From the NCBI RefSeq assembly GCF_009914755.1, contig NC_060946.1: 64,000 nt of DNA; one strand, 5' to 3'. The position numbers and the translations under genes were made by a program. Positions 30,352-45,696 of the stretch are shown here, piece after piece. The notes below the pieces were generated by a model that was not told where the DNA came from, ran no database searches, and saw only the letters and a list, made by a program, of their open reading frames with translations. The first letter of the stretch is position 1, and each line of letters starts with the position of its first letter. The stretch comes from the human T2T-CHM13v2.0 reference genome, Homo sapiens.

Positions 30352-31756
30352 AAGAGTCACTTTCTAAAGTTCTGACTCCAGAATGCTGCTCATGTCTCGC
30401 TCCGAGGCAATTCTGTTTACTGAGAGCACTGCGGGAACAAAGATATGCGGCCGCTGTGGCCCGGCTGCCAGGCGCAGGCGGCTCCCACCCGGCTCGGTCT
30501 CGGTGACCCTGACCAAAGCCAGGCCGGCCGAGGCAGGCTGCCCAGGGCCACTTAACCAATCGCAGAGGCCTTTACAGGCAGCTGCTCTTAATCAAAAAGT
30601 GCCAGACAACACAAGTGGCTACCGTATGCTGACATTTAAAACACCCGTTCAGCGGCCCTCGGCGTTGCAGAGCAGTTTGTTTAAGTTGAAAGGATGTAAT
30701 TTTATGCTATTTAGCAAAAAAACACACACTCTGAATGGCATCATGAACTAAGGATTGGGGGTTGTGATCTTGGTGGGGGGGGTGTCAAAAAATGGTTGTG
30801 AGGTCCCCCGTGACCACAGGTGCATGTGTAGAGGTGTATTCTGGAAACTTCTGCACGGAAGTGGCAGCCTCTGAGGTCACGCTAGTTCTGCCGTGGAGGG
30901 TGTCCGTGAGACCAGCTAAAACGGCCACGTCTGCATCTACTCAACTGGAAAACATACCATCTGGAAGAGATCTGGACTCCAGGGGCCCAGGAGCCCACCA
31001 GGAGCCTCCTGTGCAATCCCTCCCACCGTGGGCCCTGCTCTCAGAGAAGGACTGGCACAGCCAGCAGCCTGCTGGGAATGTCCAAAATCCAGGGAGGGGC
31101 TGGACAGGAGGGACATCTCTAAGCTGCGTCCCCCAGGAAGGAAGGAAGGCAGGGCACAGGGAAAGACGCAGCCTTGAGGCCTTGGAGAGGGTGGGTGAGG
31201 CCGTGTCACTCAACAGAGGACCCGGGGCAGAGGCTGGAGGCCTCGAACCTCCACTGGGAAGACCCGGAGGTTAGTTTTCCCTCTACTCATCTGTTTCCTA
31301 AAGATGCAGCAAAATCTGTTCTTTAAGAGGGGCCATGGGCTTGCTGTAAGGGCTGCCAGGAGAGGGCAGATTGGGGGGCGAATGCCCCACCCCAGAGAGG
31401 AGAGGTGCTGCCTCTCTTGAGCCTGAGGTAAGAGGAAAAACACAAGTGGTTGGTACTTACTCGTCCCTGTGTCACAGACTGCTCACCCACTATCAGAGTG
31501 TCCTTATTCCTTCCTAGCCAGGGGGCCCTGAACCCCCAACCTGGGCCCTTGGATCTGGAGTGGCCGCCACCACCAGGCACACGTCTTCCAAACAAATCAC
31601 AGTAGCAGCAAAATCCAATCGATGGTAGTGCCTCTAGCTGCCTGTCCCCACTGACCTCCAGACCTCTGTAAAATAGACGGTCATTGAGAAGATCTAATTC
31701 CCACAAAAGATGGGTTCACACAGTCCCGCTGGCCTCAGCTTCATCATCCCCACCTC

Positions 31757-31862
31757 CGACGGCCTGGGATCTAACTGAGGGTGCACCACGGAACGCTGAT
31801 GACGGCCTGGAATCTGAGGGTGCACCTCCGCACCTGCACCACGGAATGCCGATGACGGCCCA
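31757..31862. repeat. Imperfect local duplication, ~2 copies
   Basis: tgcaccacggaa(c/t)gc(t/c)gatgacggcc and ctgagggtgcacc each occur twice. Confidence 0.75.
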
Positions 31863-32247
31863 GCAGGTGCTCCTCTCTCTGCAGAGGCCTCCTGGAGCTA
31901 GCCTTGGTGTGGGCAGGGATGCAAGGGTGGGTGGACCCCAGTCACCCCATCCCCAACCCCTGGCCCTCCAGAGGAAGGGCCCATTTTACTTCCAGTGAAT
32001 GGCACAGAGCTTAGGCCACAGCTCACTGGATTTGACAAACATCTACACCCAAGTAACCACCGTGCAGACCAAGATACAGAACATTCCAGCAACCCTAGAG
32101 GTGCCCACAAGCCCCTCAAAGGGGGCCCCGCATTCTAACAAGGCACTCGCCAAGGAGAGCAGGTCCTGTCCTCGGGGACAGACTTCTGGTTGGATTGGCA
32201 AATGCTCCCGCCCCGCTGTGGAAACAGCTTCAGGTCTCTTCTATTTC

Positions 32248-32543
32248 TTTTTTTTTTTTTTTTGAGATGGAGTCTCACTCTGTCACCCAGGCTGGAGTGC
32301 ACTGGCACATCTCGGCTCGCTGCAACTTCTGCCTCCTGGGTTCAAGCGATTCTCCTGCCTCAGCCTCCCAAGTAGCTGGGATTACAGGCATGTGCCACCA
32401 CGCCTGGCTAATTTTGTATTTTTGGTAGAGACAGGGTTTCTCCATGTTGGTCAGGCTGGTCTCGAACTCCCGCCATCAGGGGATCCGTCCGCCTCGGCCT
32501 CCGAAAGTGATGGGATTACAGGCGTGAGCCACTGCGCTCGGCC
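32248..32543 (-). mobile_element. AluSp/Sq-like
   Basis: Full antisense dimer; TSD ctcttctatttc. Confidence 0.93.
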
Positions 32544-32849
32544 TCTTCTATTTCCTGAAGCCATTGGCACTGACTAAACTCAGCAAGTGTTCACTGCACA
32601 CCTACCCCGTGCTGGGTCCCTTGTGCACAGATGAGAGGTTCTGCCCGCGATCTGGGGAAACAGACCAGAAGTGAGCATCAGAACGTGCTGCCCGCAACTC
32701 AACGGAAGTGCACGGGAAGGTCTCGGCTACATAGAAGGGGTAAGCGTTAAGTGGGGTGGGGGAGCCGTCTGAGGTTGGTCACGCACCTCCATGCCTAGTT
32801 CATCTCCACCATTCCAGGAGACGAGTATCTGGAGCTCTTCGTGCAGATA

Positions 32850-32888
<39 letters not shown>

Positions 32889-32912
32889 GAGACAGAGACA
32901 GAGAGACAGACA
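32850..32912. repeat. Compound (GA)n-(GACA)n microsatellite
   Basis: gagagagaga...gacagacagacagacagagagacagagaca. Confidence 0.95.
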
Positions 32913-34467
32913 CATGACTGCCCCAAGCAAGTGAGGAATGAATCTGTGTGTACCCTGCACCGCGAGGGAAGGGTTTTCCGGGCACAGTAACTGAATACAA
33001 ATGATTTACACAACCACAGGGAAGGCTCTGGCAGTCCCCAGGAGACAGGCCATGGACTCGTGAAGCGTCCTTGTCTATTTACTGAGATCCTGCCATGCTC
33101 AGCAGTCGCTGCATTTCCACGCAGTTTGAGGGACTTCCTGGTGAAAACTAACAAGAAAATATATGGCATGTGTAACCACAAGACCAGAGGGGCCCTTCTT
33201 GACCTCTGCTTCCTCTCCTCTGACGTGGGCATGGCAGCCCGTCCCCTCCTGGGGACTGCTGACCCAGTGGGTGGTCCTGGTGGCTGCCACAAGGCAGGGG
33301 GCCTTTGCACGGGGCTCAGAGTCCCATCGGCCACTTCCTCCTGACTCTCAGGTGCCGCTGGCCCTCACCTGCACCTCACCCACCTGCTTCCCCTGTCCTG
33401 GAGCGTGGCGGTGAGGATGTTAGAACAGCCTGGTACCCAGCCACCCATCACCGCACGCGACCTAAGACAAGACAGGCACATAGAGGAGCAATGACATCAT
33501 CACAACAAACATGAATGAGACTCCTTACAGACGTCCACATCCAACAGAAGGGACTTCCACGAGCAGGAGTTTTTTTCAGGCCAAGAAGGGACAACATCGT
33601 CCCAGGCAGAGAGGGACAGTCTAGAGGTATACCAGGATGGCGTGGTCAGGAACAGAGCCCTCCCCTGCCAGGGCGTCAGGTCCATCTGGGAACAGGCAGG
33701 TGTCAGCACATGGACAGACCACACCCATCAAGCTAAGCTGTCTCGACTCTGCAGGTAGGCACTGGGGCTCTAGGAGTTTCCAAGCCAAGGGTAACATCAC
33801 GTGGGCCCATAACTGGAGGGTGTAGGGAGTCCTGGAGTCCCCTGAGTCTGGGGTTAGAAGAACTAAAGGTCCCCTCAGCCAGAAGCTTCTGATTCGTCCA
33901 AAGTCCCCACTGCACCCACTTCTGCAAAGTGTCTGGGATGGCCACATCGCCTGTCCCTGTCTGGTCCTCACTCTTTCCTGGTCTGGCTGCTTAACTCCAG
34001 ACCCACCGAAAGCTCAGCAGGCCCCACCAGGCCATCCTGGGAAGTGTCCCAGCCCTCGCTGAGACCTTCCAGGAGCGTGGGAAGAGAAGACATGTGGCGC
34101 TAGGCTTTGGAGAGGAGGACAGTCCCTGCTCTGCTCCAGAAGAAGTTCCCAGGGCCTTTGATATCTCTGTGGCTGGTTAAACACACACACTCATGCAGTA
34201 TATTCACTTTCATCAAGAGAAAAAGGATCACGGCAATCGGTCCAGTGGTCACCCCTGTCCCCGACACACTCCCTCTGACCTGCGTCTAACTGGAAGCTTC
34301 AGGAACATAGCCCAAAGATCTGAGAGCAAACCCCAGTCCTGCCACCTAAGGGTTATGAGACCCTGAACAAGTTACTCAAACTCCCCGAGCCCCAGTTTCC
34401 CTCCTCTGTAAACAGGGAGAACTAACGTTCACACAGGTTTGCCCTGACAGTTAAAACAGAAGCACAT

Positions 34468-34934
<467 letters not shown>

Positions 34935-35654
34935 TCACAGGGGGAGCAGAGTTAGCGAGACTAGAAAAGTGTTCAGCTCAAGAAGGGGTGGCTCTGCCCT
35001 GTCTCTGCCCGCCTCAGGGAAGCTCCAACCTCGCACGAACCCACTCTGGGCTGGGGCCCAGAGCTGAGCCCGGCGCCACGCCGTGCTGCCCAGGAGACAC
35101 ACCACATTCTGTTCTCTCTGCTGGGGTATTTTTAGAAGGAACAGCACTTCTAACTGTGCAAATAACGTGTTGAAAATAAGCTTTAGATTTTGACTTAAAT
35201 GTACTAGGAGAGGCGGAAACATTCCTTGTCCTCCAAATACCGTGGAGAACATCTTTTTGGAGGGTCCTGAAGAACCCGGCTGCTGTCTTCACTCCTGGGA
35301 TGAACGGGCCAAGCCCCCTCCCGGGAGAGCTACGGAACGGGGCTGTGGGGTCCGCCTTGTCACCTGCATGAGCCCTGGAGTGCTCCTCCCTGGCCATGTC
35401 CAGTGGAGACGGCACAGGGGAAGCTGCAGGTCCCGCCTGGTTCTGAAGGCGGCTCCTTGTAGAGAGGCCGCAGCCTCAGGCCGACTGTCTCTCTGGCCCA
35501 GCAGAAATGCTGGCTCCTGGCCTGTGGCCCTCATCTCTCCCTGTATACCGGCAGCCCTGTCGCGTCCTGTCCCCAGCCCCTCTCCTTCGAGCTCCAGATC
35601 TGCGTGTGACATCCCACCTGGATGCCTCGCTGCCCCCTCGAGACAGGACCGCCT

Positions 35655-35951
35655 CCTGCCATCCGTTACTAGTGAGCCCTTGCAAGTGGCTAACCTGAGC
35701 TGAGACGGGTTTCAAGTGGGACCTTGAAGACTCATGAAAAGATATTAAAGTATCTAATTAATATTTTAAAAAGGAAGTACATGCTGAAATAATATCTTGG
35801 ACATATTGGATTACATAAAATAATTATTAAAATGATTTTCACCCCCCCAGGTTAATTTCACTTGTTTCTTTTTACTTTTTTTATTGTGGCTTACCAGAAG
35901 ATTTAAACTTACACATATGGCTCTCACTGTGCTTTTATTAGACAATGCTGT
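35655..35951. mobile_element. MER33-like hAT-Charlie MITE
   Basis: aataatatcttggacatattggattacataaaataattattaaaa...tattagacaatgctg terminus. Confidence 0.7.
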
Positions 35952-35997
35952 TCTACAGGAAACTTGTAATTTAAGACAAAAGTTGTGGACATCCACT

Positions 35998-36299
<302 letters not shown>

Positions 36300-36619
36300 G
36301 AACATTCGCTTCTGCTGAAGAAGTGGAAGGATGAGAAAACTTTAACTCCATGGTAACATCAAAACACACCCAGACAAAATAAAAATCCTATTCATCCCCA
36401 AGAGCAGTGACTATGAGAAAGCCTTGAAGGACCAAATTCCAGGGAGAAAGGAGCCTCAAAGGCTGGGCAGAGACGGAGACATCACAGCCAGGCGGCCACC
36501 AGGTGTGAACACAGGTGCACACTCAGCACAGGTGCAGGCCGCTGAGGACGGAGACCCAAGTGGGCTGAGCTGGGCCATCACGGAGTAGCCGGGTCTCTCA
36601 CAAACCACTGCAGGAGTGG

Positions 36620-37663
<1,044 letters not shown>

Positions 37664-40600
37664 AAAAATCTATATATTTTAAGAAGGACAAGAGCTGCAG
37701 CTCCAACCCTCATAGAAAGGCAGGGCCAAGGGGGCAGCTAGAGGAGCCCAGCTGGTGCACAGACCTATGCCCTCTCAGGGGCAGCACTGATAGACCCTCA
37801 TTATGGCAGCTGCATGGCTAAGATGCTTCATCTGGAATGGAATCAATATTCATAGTTATGTCAATGAGGGCCTGAAAAATAAGGTGCCATCTCTAGGAGG
37901 AGACCCAGGACCAGGATCAGGAACAGGTTCTGGGTGGCACTGAATATGGGGCAGGAAATCTGGATGCGCCATTATGGAAATAAATGCACTCTGGCCTCAC
38001 TGATGACCAGGAAGGCACTAAGGAAGGACTCGTGTCTCGCTTCTCTGCTATGCATTGATAGCACCTGGACCTGCAGAAAAGCAGGAGCTGGTTGAGGACT
38101 GAAAAAGACCAAGGACTTCACAAAACCTCCACCAGGCTGCTGGGCTGCACACACACGGCGCCTCCAGTGCGTGAGCTCAGAGCCGGCACCGACCATCTGC
38201 AGCAGCTGCACAAGCGCAGGCCCTTCCTGCCTTCTGCCAAGACCCCTTAGGAGCCTCCAGTAGAAAACTCAAGATCGGCTCAGACAGGGCTGGGGAAGAG
38301 GGAGACTCCCGCTGAGCCAAAAGCAGGCTGCTGTGATGAGCCAGGGACTGCGGGAAGCTGCACGACCCATAGAGGCAGGAGACGCTCCTTCACCCACGGC
38401 TGGGGAGACTCTGAAGCTCCAGGGTGCAGTTAGGTAAGTGGAGAAGGAGAGAGGGCTGTGGGTAGAACACGTCTGAGCTCTGCCCCAGGACTGCCATGTG
38501 TGACTGGTGTCCCCACCTGAGGCCTTACCTGTCACCTTGCAAAGTTGCCGCGAAGTTTCAATGAAATGCAGGAAGCACTGCGCACTGAGCAAATGCCAAG
38601 GTTCTCCCACTGGACCTCCCACGAGCTTCCCAGGTGGGGGCGGCAGAGGGGGCTCAAAGCATCTGTGAGCACAGTGGGGACCAGGAAAGGGTGAAGGAGA
38701 TGCTGGCGCTGTCTTGGAAGTTAAGTAGGGTTCCCAGACATGGGGCGGAGGTAACTGTGGGACACCCAGCCCGTCCTGTCCCAGCATCAACGAGGAGACC
38801 AGGAGAAGTCACGGCCACAGGGGATGGGTGGGAGCAGGGCTAGGGAGGGGCGAAGGGATAGGGCCGAAGGCAGCAAAGGCCACCTGCAGGAGGGTGGGTC
38901 TGAGGAAGAGGGAGACGGGTAGAGATGGGAGCCCAGCAGTCCAGGAGCTGCCCAGTAATCCAAGATGAATAAGAGGCTGCCCACGGAGGCAGGGAGACCA
39001 GGAGGAGGTTGCAGAGGCCCAGGGAGGTGAGGATGAGTAAGACATGGTTGGGCTCTGGGCTTTAAGCAGGAAGAGTGATGTATCTATCAAAAACTCAAAA
39101 AGCCCAGAGTTAGGTGGTGGGGACAACAATAAAGTCCCCATCCTCAAAATACAGCCAGGGGCCAGTGGGGTGGGGACTCAGGCAAGCCACTGCCACCCTG
39201 GGCCTCAGTTTCCCCTTCTGTAAGAAGCAATCTGAAAGCAATCTGTGAAATGCAGAAGTGCTTAAGATGCCGCACCTCCACCAGGGCAGGTGCCACGGGC
39301 TTAGATCACCAGTTTTTCCGCACCTCCTCTTGGCAAGAGGGCCTGAACCTGCCTCCGGGCAAGCCTGTCCACACCCTCCAGCCACCTTAATTATTCCCAC
39401 ATTCCTAACAGGAAATCTGGCCCTTAAATTCACCAGCAAGCCTGCACCCAGCGCCAATGCCACGTCCCTAATTACCAGCATTAGCATTGCTAATCTCCCG
39501 CCAGCCCCATCACAGGCACCCCTTGTCCATGCAGTCCTCCTGTTAATAAGCCGGAATAATGAGGCTTCACCGCGCAGCGGGGGCCAACAGGATGCAGGAG
39601 GATTTTAATTTCAGATTTTGGGGTCCCAAGTTATGAGGGACAACTGAAAGGGATCAGGAATGATCCCAGGGGCTGAAGGAGGCCGCCTGAGAGGCTGCCT
39701 AAATGGCCCCCAGAGAAACAGTGCTGGGTGGGGAAGGATGGGGAGAGGATAAGAGAACACTGCTCTCAGACTTTGGTGGACAAATAAAAATAACTGGGAG
39801 GGAGGGACTTCTGTGAAGCACCTGCTTCCCCACCTAGAAGGCGAAGGGGCCGAAGGAAGAGGCAGACTAACCCCAACAGCTGGGACCTTCCAGAGCCCCG
39901 GTCAGCTGGACAAGGCTCAGGGACTAGAGGCAAACTCTTGGCCCATGTGGGCAGGAGTGGGTGAGATGGATACAGGGGAAGGGTGCCAACACCCCCTTCT
40001 TCATGTGAAGGCATCCAAAGCTTGGGGTGGGGCTGTGGAGGTGAGTGGGGGGCTGTCGTTTCATGGAATGTAATTTTAATTTCCATTAATCAACTTCTAA
40101 ACATTACAACTCATTGCAATTTTTAAAGGCTCAACAAATGTTTGCTGCATGAGCAGCGGGATTCGTGAACAGTAACAACCCACATCCACAGCACCCTGCA
40201 GCGCCATGCAGTCCTGATGTCATGGACTCAGGAATGCTGCGCGTGCTCACAATGACCATTCCCTTAAACCTGAGGAAATGGAGGATCAGAGGTTGAGTGA
40301 CCTGCCCAAGACCACCCAGCTACCAGTCAGCCAACACCCAGAGGAAGATTCCCAGTCAGCAACACCCAGAGGGAGATTCCAGAGACCTCCAGAGGTCCCC
40401 GCAGTGCTACCTCCTGCAAGCTACACCGCGCCATGCCGCACCACCAGCTCTCAGCGGGGACTTCAGGGGCTGTGCCCTTCCAGGGCTGTTTGCCCCGGAG
40501 TGGATCAGGCCAGTCCGTCCCTCTGTGACTCGGCCTCTCAATCCTACACCTCAGGAGGAAGCTCAGTCTCCTCCTCCTCCCCCGAGGCCACTTCAGCTCT

Positions 40601-43600
40601 GGTTTTAATCTCCACTGCTTAGAGTAACAGCGGCGGAGGAGGTGGGTCACAAAGACCTGAAAATCACAGATCCCAACCCAGCTGGATCGCTTTGTTCCTC
40701 TGACGTTGTGGTGGGCACAATGCAAAATTGTGAGACGCCACCAACCCCACTTCCCACGTTAGCAGGGGGATGGGGCAGGGGTGGACGGAGTCCACCGTCA
40801 CTTTAAGCCTCTGCCTCGATGTGGGCTCGGGAGCACCCACTAGATGCTGGGCAGGGGGATACGGCGGCAGGGCCTTCATTCTGGTCAGGAAACAGACCTG
40901 CTCATGGTGACCAGCCAAGGTGAGGACGGCAGGGGCACAGGCTGGGGGGGCCACCTGCCATTGATTCATTCACTAACGCAGCACCCACCCCAGGTACAGG
41001 GGACACAGCACTGAGTCAGAAGCAGCCCCGTCTCCCAGGGACTGCCTGTTCAGTGGGCACAGACCCATCCCCCACCCCATCTGTGAGACCACAGAGATGC
41101 CACTTCCCAGAGGAGATGACAATGAGTAGGACCCTGAAAGAAAAGGCCACGACATGGCCCGAGGCCCAGTGGGGGGAATGCGGCCCTGGGGACTCAGAAC
41201 AGCCTGACATGGCACAGCAAGTCTGGGGCCAGAAGAGCCTGGGATGCCAGGCTCAGCATCTGCCCTTGTCCCAGCACCACCAAAGGGTCCGCCTTCTCCC
41301 TTTTCCCAGCCAGACTCGGGACAGGAGCAGAAAATCCAGAGCCTGCAACATCTCATACTTGGTGTGGGGGCCTGGGACACAGATCCAGGCCACCGGGACA
41401 GTGTGTGCCAGGCACCATCTGGAGGGCAGCCGATGGGCTCTGCCAGATTCCTGATCCACAGTAGGACCCTGGGGGCACCCTCTGCCCGAGGACCCTGGAA
41501 CACACAGCTCGGGGACAAGAGAATAACTGCAGGGATCTCGCCAATTCCTGACTAACCCCACCCTAGGTCAGTCCCAGACTTCATCCCCCCAGCTCTGTGG
41601 AAAGGTACTATTACCATCCCACTGAACACACAGGGAAACGTGACCTGCCAATGCTGGGAGGTGGAGGAAGCCAGTCCAGCCCAGGCAGCTGACTGCAGAG
41701 CCCATGTGTGCTCCAGGCTGCCCTAGGAGCAGCTGCCCCACACAGGGCACCGAGGTCTGTGGCCCTGAGGACACAGCCAAGGCACACGGTCAGAGGAGGG
41801 TGCCCACAGCTCACCCACAGCCTGGCCCCTGAGCTGAGGCCCAGCGCACGAGCTGTCGGGGAGCCACGTGGAGGGCAGGACCACCCAGGCTTCCCTGGGA
41901 GTGGCAGTCCTAGGAGGACACCCGGGACGGGGGTGCAGGAGTTGGTTCAGCAGCAAACCCTTGCCCCAGCTGGACCTGAGTTTCCCCATCTTTATGATGG
42001 GGTGGGGCTGGAGTGGCTGATTCCTGGGGGCCAGGGTGAAGCGTGTGACTCAGTGAAGAAAGGGGGATTCAGAGCTTAGGACACAGGCCTGAGGCAGGGA
42101 CCCACAGGCGGACCCCCAGCAGGGAGGGACCCCCCCCCCCCATCCTCAGAAGGGCTGACCAAAGCCAAGAGCACACAAAGTAGATGGAAGATCCGGATTG
42201 AATCCTGCTCAGCACCGCCTCTGCCCCCCAAGCCAGCCCCTCCTGCCCATGATGCCCTCCACGCTGCTCCCCAACATGCTCCGGGGTTGCCTGCCTGTGG
42301 CCTTCGTGCCAGCACCCGCTCCCCCAAGCCTGGAGAAAAGAGCTGCCTGTAGTCCCTGAGCCTGTCCCCAGGAGCACACAGTCCCTGTGCCTGTCCCCCA
42401 GTAGCACAGCCAGGGGCTCGGGGACACAGAAGCACAGGGGGTTGATTACACCCGAAGGGCCGTAATCCCTAGGACAGAGCTGGCCCGGGGAGGCCAGAAA
42501 AACCCAAGCCCCTATTTTGTTTTGAGCAGAGCCCCATCTGAGCTAGATCCCAGGGAAGTACCAGGGAATGTTTGGGAACGATGAGCATGTGGGGCTCTGG
42601 GAAAGGCCCCACTAGTGCTGGGGGCGGCCCGATCTCCAGCAGGCTCAGCTACATCTCCGTCTCCTCGTGGGGACACGGGCAGCTGCACGCTTCCTCCAGG
42701 CCCCGCGGGCTCTAGAGTCCTGGCAGCTGGCTCACACCGGGATACTTGACTGCTGTGCCCCACTCCCACCCCCTTTGTAAAGCAAACAGGTTTAGATTTC
42801 GACGGACAGGTTTGGGGTCCACATTCAGTGGCCGGGCACATGACAGCGACTCCTGGGCCGTGTGACACTCACCCTCAGCTCTCACCTTAGTCTCTACCAG
42901 TTTTGGTCCAAGAAGTGGCAGCAGCCCAAGCATCCAGCCCAGCGGCACCCTGGCACCATGCTCGTGGGGCACCGGGAAAAGCCACCTGCAGCATTCCAGG
43001 CCCGGCTTCCGAGTTCCTCCTAGCAACTGGGTCTCATGCAGATGAAAACCCCCAGGCCTGGCGCACAGTAGCTGCTCAGTCAAATGTCTTCAGCCCTTTG
43101 GACTCAACAGTACACTTGGACCCTGAGGGAAGGAACAGCGCTGGGCCTGGGGTCCGAAAACCTGGCTTCAACCCAGCTCCCTCCTCTACCCTCCTGCTGC
43201 TCCACCTTCGGTAAGATGCTGAGCCCCGCAAGCCTCAGTTTCTCCATCTGTAAAGGCTGCAGCTGTTCTGCAGACAGTGAAGGACTGTGCGCCCAGCATC
43301 CAGTGGCTTCCACCTATGGCGTGTGTTGTCAGGCTATGAGAACCCTGATGGCAAAGGTGCCCTGAGCAGAAGCTGAAAACCACGTCCTTTCAAGGGAATT
43401 CGGGGAGGAAATAAGGTTCCTTTCCACGTGCATCTTATTTCTGGGGCCTCAAGGTGCCAGGAGCCACCGCCCAGGAGCTGGACGCCTGTGCTGGGAGGGG
43501 CACTATGGCATGCTCACCTCTGATGTCTGTTTCCATCCATTCCTCCTCTCTGGTCATCTGAAGCACCCTCTGGATTCTGGGAGCTATCGAGACTTAATGA

Positions 43601-44023
43601 GGGCCACCTGGAGGCCCTGCATCAATAACAAGTTTGTATTATTGCCTCGGTATTTGGACAAATTAGGAACCCCACAGCCGGCGTCAGCAGAGTTTGGGAA
43701 TTTCCTAAGATGCCAGGCCAAGTCCACTCCTGAGCCTACCCACCAGCAAATGACGCATCACAGGGCCACGCTGGCCCATCCTGGTTCCTCTATCTGCTAG
43801 ATGTGGATGGTGGGGTCCTGGCCTTCGAACGGGAATGTCTGATTCGAGAACATCCCCAGAGCCAGGAAGAAACAAGCTGACCGAGCTCCTGATGAGTGAG
43901 TGAATGGGTGAATGGAGGAAGAAACCCTTTGCCCAGCCCATCGCATGGGTTCAGAAGCTCTAATGAAGTCAGGGGCCTGGAAGGAAGGACTTGGGGAAGG
44001 AAAGCATCCGACTGCACAGTCAG

Positions 44024-44147
44024 GCAAGAGCTGGGCCTCGACTGTCACTCCTGCCTTCCTGCCGCAGTCCTGAGCCTTCGTTTCCGCAAGAGCTGGGCCT
44101 CGACTGTCACTCCTGCCTTCCTGCCGCAGTCCTGAGCCTTCGTTTCC
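44024..44147. repeat. Perfect tandem duplication, 2 x 62 bp
   Basis: gcaagagctgggcctcgactgtcactcctgccttcctgccgcagtcctgagccttcgtttcc at 44024 and 44086, identical. Confidence 0.97.
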
Positions 44148-45696
44148 TCCTCTGTGAATTAGAGCGATCCTTACCTCTTAGGAGCACATGAGATTCCTGC
44201 ATACCGGGCTGCGCCTGCACCTCAAAGGTGCTTGCGACGGCTCACTCACTCCTTGCCTGTTTCCCGTATTAATTTCCTGCCTCTAAATCACTGGTGAAAA
44301 CGAGGTTTGCTTCTCAGGTTACCATGGCAGGAAAACCCTCCAAGTACACAAAAAGCTGCAGAAATCCTGGGTTTCCTGAAGACCTGGCTCAGGTGTGACT
44401 GTGTTACCATCTCCTCCGTGTTGGGAGGCCCATGGGCACCTAGCTTTCCCCAGTGGGAACGGACAGGCTCGCTCTGGGTAGGAGCAGCAGGGGTCTGACC
44501 CAGGCTCCCCCAGCGCCCTGTGAATGGGGCGATTTAACTCCGTCTGAGTGACATGAAGCATGGGAGGCACTTGTCTGTGCTTCCCAAGCAGCCGCCCCTA
44601 GAAATCTGAGACCCTCCCATCCTTGGGTGGGAATTGAGAGTACATGGGGTTTTGTGCTTTCTGCAGAATCACCTGCGCTTGAGTGCACGGGGCCTGTTTC
44701 CCAGCACAGTGCCCACACAGCTGGGGCTTGTTTCCCTGGCTCCAGCCCCAGCCCCAAATCCCCACACTGCTCAGATCCCCTGCACCTGGGCTGCAGGGCA
44801 ATGAGTGCCTCCAGAAGGGCCTGATCGTGGGGACAGGGAGTGATAGGGAACCCCAGGAACGCCATCTTCCAGCACCTGACCAGTCTCCTCCCAAATACTG
44901 TTGGCAGAATTGGGGGGGGGGGGTATAAAGCAGTCCTGCTTACCTTGACCTTGGCAGGAAGCTGTGGGTAAGCACGAGGGGTCAGCCTGAACCTGAGTCT
45001 GGGGCTCCAAAGGGGGCTGAGTGCCTCCCAGATGGTACCAGAACTCTTTGGGCCTCAGGCCCCAGGCAGTGAGATGGGGAAGATGCTACCATCCCCTCCT
45101 GAGGATGACCTCAGGGCCACCCGTGCTGTTCCTTCTGCCTGGGTCGCTCTGTCCCCTGCCTCTTGCCCAAGTCACCCACTTACTCCCCAAATAATTACCA
45201 AGTTCCTACAGTGTGCCAAGCACCCAGAACTAACTACACACAGGTGGACACCGCCCTGGCCTCCACCGGCTCATCAGGGAGAGTCAGGCCCTGCGGGAGG
45301 GAAGCATGGGGGCTGGGAGGCCTGCTGGAGCCAGAGTGGTCACGGAAGGCTTCCCAGAGGAGGTGCACTGCGGCAGAGCCCAGGCTGAGAGTGGAGGGGG
45401 CACCACGTACTTCTGGGGCTCGGGGTGGGGAGGGATGCCAGAGACTAGAGAGGCTCCCTATCTCTGAGAAGCTTCCCCTGACACCCCCAAACGAGGCCAG
45501 ATACCCCAATTCTGCCCTCTACCAGCACCTTCTATGCCCTCCCGACATGCCTACAATCTCGATCCCTCCTGCTGGGCTCTCATCTCTCAGAGCGTAGGGA
45601 GTAGGTCATGTCTCGAAGAGTGTTGGCGTCCTGGGCGCTCAGTGTACACGTACTGAGTGGGATGGGAAAGAGGAAACACGGAAAGTCCTGTTATTA

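Noticed and set aside
33701-33722. RE1/REST-like site gTCAGCACatGGACAG
   Set aside because: Spacer is one base shorter than the canonical RE1 and the 3' flank is poor; cannot be supported without ChIP data.
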